A DNA stretch of 64,000 bases from Diadema antillarum (lineage: Eukaryota): the NCBI RefSeq assembly GCF_040938485.1, contig NW_027272646.1:620001-684000 (forward strand). Reading direction: 5' to 3'. The stretch's first letter is position 1. Each line of letters begins with the position of its first letter. Position numbers and translations under genes: made by a program. The notes beneath the pieces are model-generated. The model was not told the origin of the DNA and did no database searches. It was given only the letters and a program-made list of their open reading frames with translations. Below are positions 53,861 to 64,000 of the stretch, piece by piece.

Positions 53861-55216
53861 CATTAAAAAAAAAATGGTGTAATTATCTTTCATTCAACAA
53901 GTCAAGCATGACACACATAGTCACTGTCTGATATATATGTGTATGTGTACCTTATATATTTCCTTTGCATGATTTCCATACTAATGCCAATTACTAAGCT
54001 TAGCCTCTGGGGCATAAAAGAAGTCAACAAGGATGTTATCCATTTAAGGGTACCCAACTCATAATTTTTTTCTATCGGATGTAACTGTAAAAACCAAACA
54101 GTAGTTGTGCTATCTAATTTCCCTAACAATGTGTCAACTTGGGAACTTCTGGTAATGCGTGGGTGCATAAGATCACTGCATTTATTTGCACATAGCATAC
54201 GGCCAGCGTATGGACCCGACTGCTGGTGGCGAAAAGTTTACATTATTCATATGTGATAGGGAGAATTTGTACCTTTTTTTTATGGGGGGAGGTCTTTTTC
54301 TTTGGTAACTCACTTTCCAAAGAAGAACTGAAATGTTTTTACTATATAGGCCCGTTAACATATGAGAAGATCTTGGGGTCTTGTTTAACTTCCAATTAAT
54401 TACCTTTTGTGTGTGCATATGTTCAGGAATCAGTGGCCTTGAAATGGATGTTGGGGTGCAACACTTGAGTCACGGGATCGAACAAATCAATCTTCAAATC
54501 TCAACTCTGAAGAGACACATTGCACCAGGCCAATTATCACTTTAATTCTCCTAAAGGTACAAGACCTAGTGCAAATGTAATTTGCAGCGCAAACAGGAAC
54601 AATTTGTGATATCTGTTATGCCCATGCACACACACATATACTACAAAAATAAAACAAAAACTTTGAATCCATTCCTACAAATAACTTTCGAATTGCATTT
54701 TTTATTGTGTGTGTGAAGGAGGGAGTGGCCCTAATCTCTGTATCACGTCAGATTGTACTGATTTCCATTTTACCTCCCTTATCGTATAAAACCCGATATA
54801 AAAAGGAGGTGGGGGTATGAGTGTAGGATCAGAGTAGAATGGATATAAGGATCTTCTACGGCCTACACATACTTTCAAATTACAACTCACCACGTAAACA
54901 GATCACACTCCATCAAATTTGCAGCCATTTCCACTGGCATTTGACAACAAGTATTCATATTCTCTTTCGGAATCTGACTAAAACTTGTTGTTTGTTCATT
55001 TGTTTGTTTGCTGTTGTTGGTTGTCTTTTGTTTTGTTTTGTTTATTTTTTTTCTTTTGCACACCTCCAAGAAATATTTTCTGGGTATCAATCCTTATAAA
55101 TCCATTTCTTCCAATGGATGCTAATTGAAATATTGTCCTGTTTTGTTTGTTGTTTCTTCAAAAATGATTGCAAAAATAATATAAATATCGTATATACATA
55201 TATATTGTGTACAACA

Positions 55217-55430
55217 TACTGTAAAAGTGGATATTTTCGTGCAACTAATTTTTCGCGCTCAGCCTAGTAAGAAGAGTTTTGCGTGTTTTTAATTCCACGG
55301 AATCAAGACATCAACTCTCTGGAACATATGGCAAGCAAAAATATTCGCGCGCTTTTATTTTCGCGCTAGTTTCTGGTTGCACGAAATGCACGAAAATTTC
55401 AACACTGCAAAAATTTCCACTTTTACAGTA
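55217..55430. mobile_element. TA-target MITE, related subfamily
   Basis: Perfect 15-bp inverted termini TACTGTAAAAGTGGA / TCCACTTTTACAGTA with TTCGCG-rich interior. Confidence 0.8.
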
Positions 55431-57016
55431 ATAAGGGTGGAACTTTCTACACTTTTATTGTTCAGAATTGGTGATAAAATTGAGAATATTTCTAATCCAA
55501 AATAAATTTGACGAGGCAGGTAAGAAATTGAACGTTTCACTCTGGGATTCCTTTTGGCTGCTTTTGTAGCAAACATAGTATGGAATAAAAGTTCAAGACA
55601 TTCTAACTGTGGGTAAATCAATCTACATAGCATCATGGGAGCTCCTAAAATCCTTTAAATAATTTTCATTTTCTACTGTGACAGTAGAAATTACGTCAAA
55701 AACTTGGCACAATTAACATCAAGAGGAAAAAGGAAATCATCAGTCAAAAAATCTCTCCCCTTCATGCCTGCAACTACAGACTATGACTTCAACTGACAAA
55801 ATAATGAGACGCATTGCTAGATATGCACACGGAACACTGACGATGCACGTTTCAAACCGAAGCGCATGACAAATATTCACAACGCCAACGAGCTGACAGT
55901 ATAAAGGAAAACTCTGCATTCGGCCGACATGCATACAGGAACTGAAATGTCACAGGTGATCTACCAAGAATAAAGACAGTAACCCACATCTGCCGGCGCA
56001 CACTAAAGAATAAAAAACAGAATGTGGTGGTGGGGGGGAGGGGCTACAAAGGACACCACTGTTGGCAAAGTTTTGAGAATTACTACGAGAAATATTAATA
56101 GCTACGAAAAACATGAACAAGTTACATCATCATTACTCTTACTGAGATTATGCTCCTGTCAGGTGTGACTACACTGTTTTGCAGCGCCCCAACGAAATAC
56201 GAGAGTCGTAAAAATAGCGCAGATAATGAAATATTCATGCAGCAAATAAGTCAGCCCACTTGAGCACTCTGTAGTCTCAACGGAGAACTACGACGCTGCA
56301 GAAGAAATGGAAAGTTGACTTCACACCTCATAATGCTCTACCCCCTCACATGATGGGCAGTGTAATTCTTCAGGCGCTTCCAGAGTAACCACCCTGAATA
56401 TCGATGCGACAATAATCCTATTCTTTTTCTGAAGTTAGTGAAAAATGATCACATTATATCGTATCAAGGGAAGCAGACCTGACTACGATAAAGTTCACAA
56501 ACATAGACAACGGTCTGACCTAAAAGCCTCATTTTCGACATAAAATTTTTTCCCCTTTATCATTATGTCGCTTTCTTTTTTAAATCTCTGTTCTGGGAAA
56601 AAAGATCAGAGAGATACTGAGTCAGCTTTGTTCTTAATTTTCACGGCGGTTATGTTCTACCCACATTTGTTTCTTTCTTTATTAGCTACATTACTCTAAA
56701 AATTTGCTGATGAGTTGCGATAAAATTTTCAAAACTTGTCAGTTCAGGCGCGATTAAAGGAAAGTGATATCAGCTTTTGGCATTTTCTTTTTCCTTTTTA
56801 GAAAGCTTTTTTTTTTTTTTTTTTTTTTTTGGGGGGGGTCACCTTTTTAGAGAAAGGTTATGTTATTGACCCCACAGTACTGGCAAAGGTTTGCACTCAT
56901 TGGGTGCTTCCAGTTTTATATTCATCCCTAACGTGAATGATGGCTGTGCTTATGAAAAGAACAGACAAAACAAGAACCTAGCTAGACACCCCTCCCCCTG
57001 CCCCCTAACAAAGAAA

Positions 57017-57029
57017 TACATATATATAC

Positions 57030-57098
<69 letters not shown>
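57017..57098. repeat. Compound (TA)n(GA)n microsatellite
   Basis: Seen directly. Confidence 0.95.
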
Positions 57099-57101
<3 letters not shown>

Positions 57102-59313
57102 TAGACATAAGTGTACTGCTGGATATACACTTTTGATATATGTGAGACATATCAGAATATATAAGGAAAAAAAATCAAGGTATGTAATATGCATACATTA
57201 CAAAGCACAGTTAAGTACACTGAAATATACAAGGACATAAACACATTGGTTTCCAGGAATGTTCAATGACTGCTGGGACAAGCTCAATGCCATATTCAAG
57301 GGGGAGTTTGGATGAGAGAGAGAGAGAGAGAGAATCAGACGGTCGATAGAGCAGAAATATGTGTCTCTGAAAATTGTAACAGAGGATGCTCTTCTGGTTT
57401 TATACTTTGTCCATCGTGGAACAACCACAGGAGAGTTAAGTAATTGTTTTCATTTCTGTTTTCTTTTTTCCATATGGAGGATGTATCTAAATACCTCAAA
57501 TGCCTGGATTGAAACTGAAATTCTACATGAAGTTTACATTGGCTGCCATAAATGGAGTAAAATACAAGTAAGAGAGTAGTAGAGGATTCATCAACATGAG
57601 AAAGTAAGAAATTCTAAAGCATCTATTTTTTCTTTTTGTCACAGATCAGCAATGTTATTTGCAACCAGATACTCAAATTGACAATGGTCATGATATCACT
57701 ACCTCAGTCTCTAAACTAGACTGTGATCAGAATCTTTTTTTTTTTTTTTGTTCACAAATTTCATGTTTTGCCATGAAAAGACTAACAGAATGAGATATAT
57801 ATCTTGCATCAAATTAACATACAGTGTAGTCTTCTAACAGCCAAGCAAAGGTAACATTTAGGGGGAAAAGAGGTTGCAGTTGCTAAATGATTGACCAAAA
57901 AAAAAGTGACTTCTGTTATATTTTTGTGTGCACACCAATGGGAAAAGTTGTAAGGTCATGATATCACTGGCTCTTTAGTTTGTACGCATTCGGTGAAATC
58001 ATGTTCATCTTTACAAATTCCATGATTTTCTTATTCTGCATCCAAATTTGATAAAACTTCTATCGTTCTGTTGGTCTGATTGTATTGTTAATTAGAGTCA
58101 TCTTGAAATTGGTCTGGAAAATGCACTTGAAAACCAACTGCAAAACAGAAAGGGGGTCAAAACTACCAAAACACTCTTTTGGAGAAATCATTAACTTGGT
58201 AAGAAGAGAGATTGACTGTTCACATCAACACCTTCAAGTTTAAAAAGGCAAAAAAAATGATGGTTATAAAAACTGCTTACACCTTTTTTTTTTGGGAGGG
58301 GGGTGGTAGCAATCACTAGTTTAGAGAATAGAGAAGTCACAAATATAATTTCATACATACAAATACATTTCACAAAGATAAAATTTAATTACTACACTTC
58401 CCTTTAAAAAAAAGAAAGTTGGAACAGCCTTCTAGCTCTCACAAGACAGTTGGAGGGTGGGGGACCCTACAAGTAAAACTTGAACGAACACCATAAAAGA
58501 CGCAACTCCTGACAATGCCATCATGCATACTACAGGCGAAATTCTGGTGACAGGAATATCCAGTGCAGTACATTCACATCAACAGCAGACGTGGCAACAG
58601 ATTACAGAGTGACAGCATCACACACAGACAGTATAGCAAGCATGCACAGCCATCCACAGTACAAGGCCTTTGCACTAGTAAAGCACATCATTCTGACAGA
58701 ATAACAACACTGTTAAAGGGACTCTTCACAACTGTTGGAAAATACAAAAAGTTTGGCCAAACAGTCAGAAAACACAATTTCCACATAAAGGGCATGACAC
58801 TTTGTGGAGAATCAATTTGTTTTATTTCCTCGAGTGGAATAAAAAAGGAAAAATATGTCTGATTCAATTGCCGTGTGAAGATGACAGAAAGATGTTTTTC
58901 TTTTCTTTTCTTTTACTTTAAGTGGCTATGCTTTGGGAATCAAATGAAATTATGGACAGGGATGAAAAAAAAAACATAGAACCACTTTCCAGTTGTAATT
59001 GCTTAAATAAGGCCAAAGAATGATAAGAAAAGGATAAGGAAAAAAAAAACTGCAGCAAAACATATTCAGTAGATGATTATTTGAAAAGTGAAAGTTGAAA
59101 TATATTCAGTGGATGATTATTTAGAAAGTGAAAGGTGAAAGGTCAATGAGATAAACCTGTAAAGGGATACTCAGGGCTGCATCTAACCTTAATAAGGTAA
59201 TACACTCTGGAGCCTCATGTCTTGTCCCCCCCCCCCCCCCCCCTTTGGTTAAGGAGTTTTGTTGTTGTTGTTGTTGTGGTTTTTTTTGTTTTGTTTAGTG
59301 TACAACTACAACG

Positions 59314-59327
59314 GTTGCCATGACAAC
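59314..59327. promoter_or_regulatory. RFX X-box-like motif GTTGCCATGACAAC
   Basis: 13/14 match; lies about 45 bp into the intron after the 39-nt exon candidate. Confidence 0.5.
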
Positions 59328-59371
59328 ACAGATATTCACGAGAACAAGAAGGCGAGGCATGCAACCCTTAC

Positions 59372-59410
59372 TGTGATCGACTGGAAGAAGAACACAAGCG
59401 TCTTGGATGT
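59372..59410 (-). CDS. Candidate 39-nt symmetric exon, most likely frame TSKTLVFFFQSIT
   Basis: Pyrimidine-rich upstream tract ending cgacag|, donor ACA|gtaagg, length divisible by 3, and GC3-rich in frame 0 (tcc aag acg gtg ttc ttc ttc cag tcg atc). All three frames are open, so the frame is inferred. Confidence 0.5.
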
Positions 59411-60851
59411 CTGTCGATGGGATATGAGTGGATGAGAGGAGGGGTGGAGGGAGGGATGGAGGGAACGATGGATTGACACACAGTGGGATATAGTGGTAGA
59501 AAAAAACAAAAACAAAACAAGAATACAATATATGCACACACAAAAAAAAAAGATCAGAAGACAAAAGTATATAATAGGTGACAAGGGAATGACAAAAAAA
59601 AAGACATTAACATGAGAATAATCGGAAGAGATTAGGTCAGTGGAAGAGAATGACAGAAGGAGAAACAGATGATATAAAAGGAAAAGAATTGAGAAGAAAG
59701 CATGTGAGAGATGAAGGAATGGTAGACGAGTTCAGAGAACGACAAATTTACAGGGAGCACACAGGAAGGTTGGAGATAGGGTGATGATGGAATATTAAAG
59801 AGGAGAGATAAAAGAACAAAAACAACAGAGTTAGTGGAAAGAAAACATTTTCTTTTTCTTTCAAAATTGGCTGTATTCCATACAGAGTATTCTCTGTATT
59901 TTTTCTCTAACTTTCTCAAAAACAAACAAAATCTCAAAGGGAATGACCACTACGCATGGATCAGAGAAATAAGTTTATCTCACACATGATTTTGAGTAAT
60001 CTGTACTTGTCAAGAATACAGAATGGATGACCTTTGGTGGAATATTCAAATATTTACTCCTCTCAGTCAGTCCTTTGCTGGACCAATACCAATAGATGAA
60101 TTGGGCAACTATCTCTATGTGCATGTGTATGAAGAGTTTGACTGCAAAATGGGTTAAGTTCCATTTTTAAACATTTTAAACATTTTAAACATTTTAGAAG
60201 ATGTTCATTATCAGATAGTGCAATATGAACCCTCTTCAATGATACCTCACTTGTTGCAAAACGAGGATGATTCTTGAAGTCATGATAAAAAATACCCCTA
60301 TTTTATTACCATTTTCTTTGGGTTTTTTTTTTAGCTGGTTCAATTGCAATTATCTCAAGTTGAAAAGAATGGAGTTAACTCATTTTGATATCAAACTCTT
60401 CATATACCTATACATATAATTTTTAAATACAAAAAAAAAATAACCGCACCACAACAGTTGCAAAGTGCCAAATTAAGAGAAGCATACAATCAAACAGAAG
60501 AAAAGCATAGGCAGCCGGCAAATAGTCGGCAAGAGTGAAGATCAGAGCACAAAATAATGCACTAATGCAATGAGCGCTAATGAAAACAAAGAAATCATAG
60601 CTGTAGACCAGAACGTCAAAAGCCAATTCATGTGTTGCAAACTAGAATGTGTGCAAAGTATACAGATGAAGCCCAGAAAGCGTGTGTAAAATCGTAGGTA
60701 CAGCTAGGCGTTTTCACAAACAGATATCATCATCGTCGTCATCATAGACAGAAGTCAGGCAATATAGCAGTGCGGTGGCAAGAAGAAAGAAATCATTAGC
60801 CAGGTGGAGAGTTTTATCATGCATCCTCAGTCTTTTCGCAGTAATGGACCC

Positions 60852-60944
60852 TTAACCCAACGAGGAAGAGCCGATTTTGCTATAACTGACTTGTCCCACA
60901 AACACCTGCCTGAGTATACTCGAGACTAGTTTTTGATGGGTTAA
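60852..60944. mobile_element. piggyBac-like MITE, copy 6
   Basis: TTAAcccaacgagga...gagtatactcgagactagtttttgatgggTTAA. Confidence 0.7.
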
Positions 60945-63143
60945 AATAGTAGTCAAGAGTACACATCAGTTTGTGGTGTGGTGGAGAACTTCATGTTTAA
61001 TTTCATCAGTTCCAGAAGAAGTAGAAGGAAAAGGTTCTTACACTATTTTTTCAAATAGAACAGCAAAGCTGTAAAAAGAAAAATTATTTTGACTACGAGC
61101 AATGTTTTGCAGCTCAGCTGTGAATATCATCCTGTCATACTCTTGTTGATGTTTTGTTTCATGTTTTAGATGTTCATGAACTTAAAATTGATCGATGCAT
61201 TTAATACAGGATACCAACAAATTGACTATACTTTCATTCCCGCCCCCTCACAAAAACTGTTATATTCTGCAGGCATGGCTAAGTATGGTCATAAATCATA
61301 TTAAAGCGTTGGGCACTTTTCATGTTCACCTTCTGTATGCAAGGATAATGCATGCAATATGATACAAGCACAGCCTATGTTTCATCAATGCCATTTACAC
61401 ATGCAGAATATATACAGGAAAATAATTCCAGTACTCAGTAGCACTGGGCGGCTATGAATCGAAGTCTGATCAGGTTAATGTGAACTGCCAGTTCAACCAC
61501 ATGACAAGCAATGATCTAAATCACTATTTCATAAATTTTTTGTGGCACCAGGCCATCTGGCCACTGCAAATGTCGAACCTGATCTTACTTAACTAGTTTG
61601 CAAAGTACAAAAATGTAAATACATTTGAGACACATCATGCAGATGGCTATCTCTGAAATTGAGTGGCTAAGTGCAATTAAAAAAAACATAATAATCATGT
61701 GAAAGTTTCCATTTTTACAGTATAAGTTACATGAGAAGGCAAAAGTACGTAAATGTGCTCATTATGACGCCATCCCTCAGGTTGCGAGTAATTAGGTTAA
61801 TGGTTTAATGGTCATCTTTTTCACACATCACACCGCCATCACCATGGCGATTCAAGAGCCTGCATCACATGTTAAAGTAATTACACCTGATTTAAAACAT
61901 CTCCACGAGAAAACGAGGGGATCAGGAAAAGCTCCCGATATCTGCTAATCTCGCCGCCACTGACGACACGATTACGGGCAGAGCACGGCCACACTGCAAA
62001 CTCTGCGTTAATGGTCTGTCGATCGCTAACATATCGACGTAATCCATGTGGTTCAAGGGCCTAATTAGCCTCGGATTATTTCACTTCAGTCGACGGCTTT
62101 GATCTCAGGAGTGATTCCACTTCCAAGAAAGTTATGAATAACGGTTGTGTGACATACTACATCATCACCTACTACAAAACATCACAAACAAGTTTATGAT
62201 AACTTGAAGACAAAGAAGAAAGTCAATGTGGGTTTTATCTCTTCTGAGCATTAGACAAAAAAGGAGGCTTTTGGACAAATTTCCTATGAAGTTTACAATT
62301 CAGAGTCCATTTACAGTACTTGCTTAACAACAAATTCTACTTGCCCAACAGAGAATACTATTTGTCCCAGGCAAGATGTAACGTGAGTTTGTAGTACCTT
62401 CACTTGAACCACACCAAACATATGTCTCTTCAGAACTCTGTGCATGGTGCCTTTGTTTTAGAGCTTTGAAGGATTACCTTGTCTTTAATTTTTAGAGTCT
62501 GCCAAATTGAGCCTTTCTTCAGTCCGGTATTAATGCCAAGGAGACTCGGCAGAGGGGTTGGGGGTGGTGGGGGGGTAGGGGACCTCTCATTTAGCAAGCT
62601 CATTAATGTTGGGGACCTAGACTCTGAATACAATGTGATGTGTACGCTGGAGCTCCCTCGAGATCGCAGGCGATAAAGCTGTTTTGACGGAACTGTGTTT
62701 CAAAGGGGCATATCAATCTTGATGCTGGCAACCATAATTCAAAAATTGATGTGCTTTGCTTTCCACACACTCACTATGTTCATCTATGGCAATATTGAAT
62801 ATCCAAAATGTGAAAGCATATCTTTTCTCACAAATTTCAAATTTGTACTTTCTATGTTTATCATGCACGTATGTTGGCTCTTTCTTCCTGCAGTTGCAAC
62901 AGCAAAATAATTAGATTTAAGATTTCATCAGCCTTCAGTAGATGATTGAATAAGCCCATCTACTATGCAAAGCAGGTACAGTTTTAGGTTAACCACATAC
63001 AAACCGGTAATTTTAAAAAGAAAAATCTGAGATTTCATACACACTTCAATGCCACAGACTCCTAAGGTAAAGCAAAAAATAGCATTTTGCTGAACTATGT
63101 ACATTACCTTATATGTTTTGCAGTCCCTTTAAAGTAACACACA

Positions 63144-63276
63144 NNNNNNNNNNNNNNNNNNNNNNNNNNNNNNNNNNNNNNNNNNNNNNNNNNNNNNNNN
63201 NNNNNNNNNNNNNNNNNNNNNNNNNNNNNNNNNNNNNNNNNNNNNNNNNNNNNNNNNNNNNNNNNNNNNNNNNNNN
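63144..63276. other. Assembly gap (N run)
   Basis: 133 N. Confidence 1.
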
Positions 63277-63296
63277 ATGGTCTAGTCTTACTTCAC

Positions 63297-63495
63297 CAGG
63301 TCTGCCAACATTCTCACATCAAAATCAGGGAGATTCTACACACCAATCAGGGAGATATCTGTGTGTTACATGCATTTCAATGGGCAAAAATAATTCCCAA
63401 ATCAGGGAGATTTTAATATTCTCTTATTTAGACATGAACAGATTTTGACATTTTCAGGGAGACTCCTGCAGAATCAGGGAGACTTGGCAGCTCTG
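63297..63495. mobile_element. hAT-like MITE (~200 bp) with apparent 6-bp target duplication
   Basis: TIRs CAGGTCTGCCAA / TTGGCAGCTCTG, CTTCAC directly on both sides, and five internal TCAGGGAGA motifs. Confidence 0.7.
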
Positions 63496-63807
63496 CTTCA
63501 CCCATTCAATGCATTTAGAAGTTCAATGTACCCTGTCATTATGGGGAAACATGCAAGGAGGTGGCAACAGGAGGGAGGCAAGGGCGGGGCCCCTGGGCAG
63601 TAGTACCCACCCTATTTAGGGGTGACATCTGCATTTTGTTCTGGGTTTTGTTTTGTTTTTCAATGGCAGAGGTACATTGTATGTAGTAGCAACAGCATGG
63701 ATAGACACAGTCAATATGTATATAGAAACTATGACAGCACTAAGCATCATCATTAAATGCACAATGGTATTTCACATGAAATGGTATTATATGATTGAAA
63801 TATATGA

Positions 63808-64000
63808 TTAAAGGGTGTGTACAGTTCTGGTCGAGGTGAGAATTTAGCTTATAACGTTTTGCGAGATATTCAGAAACCGCTCTATGAGATGTCAAAGAAT
63901 ATGCAATTCTAAGGGGTATCAAAAGTTTATTTGATGAAAATCGGTGTTGAAATGGCTGAGATATCCAAAAACAAAGTGAAACAAAGAGATCCTAATAAAG
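63808..64000. mobile_element. Kolobok-like MITE, copy truncated by the window end
   Basis: TTAAagggtgtgtacagttctggtcgaggtgag...gagatcctaataaa aligns closely with the left half of 47552-47925. Confidence 0.8.

Noticed and set aside
56754-58406. TTAAAGGAAAGTG ... CACTTCCCTTTAA as ends of one 1.65-kb Kolobok element
   Set aside because: The terminal match is only about 9 bp and the interior is microsatellite-laden; more likely ends of separate decayed elements.
1-64000. tRNA, rRNA, snRNA genes, or intact transposase / reverse transcriptase ORFs
   Set aside because: None recognisable by eye; a covariance-model and blastx search would be needed to exclude degenerate copies.

Overview
Eukaryotic, AT-rich, almost entirely non-coding DNA from a short-read-style scaffold with five N gaps. 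Its appearance fits a marine invertebrate such as a sea urchin, but that is inference from repeat types and composition only. No complete gene, tRNA, rRNA, CRISPR array or autonomous transposon is visible, and nearly all ORFs in the supplied track are microsatellite-, MITE- or gap-derived noise. The window looks like the 5' introns of one large minus-strand gene that I cannot name. It has one well-supported internal coding exon (46762-46895), a candidate 39-nt exon (59372-59410), and two candidate alternative first coding exons (23354-23515, 15076-15102) ending in the same splice phase. The introns carry at least seven families of short non-autonomous DNA elements (piggyBac-, Kolobok-, PIF/Harbinger-, hAT- and TA-target-like), LINE 3' tails, three near-perfect RFX X-boxes, and several CpG- and homeodomain-site-rich blocks that look like enhancers or promoters. 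I found no convincing new biological system; the best leads are regulatory and splicing architecture plus a few unusual mobile elements.
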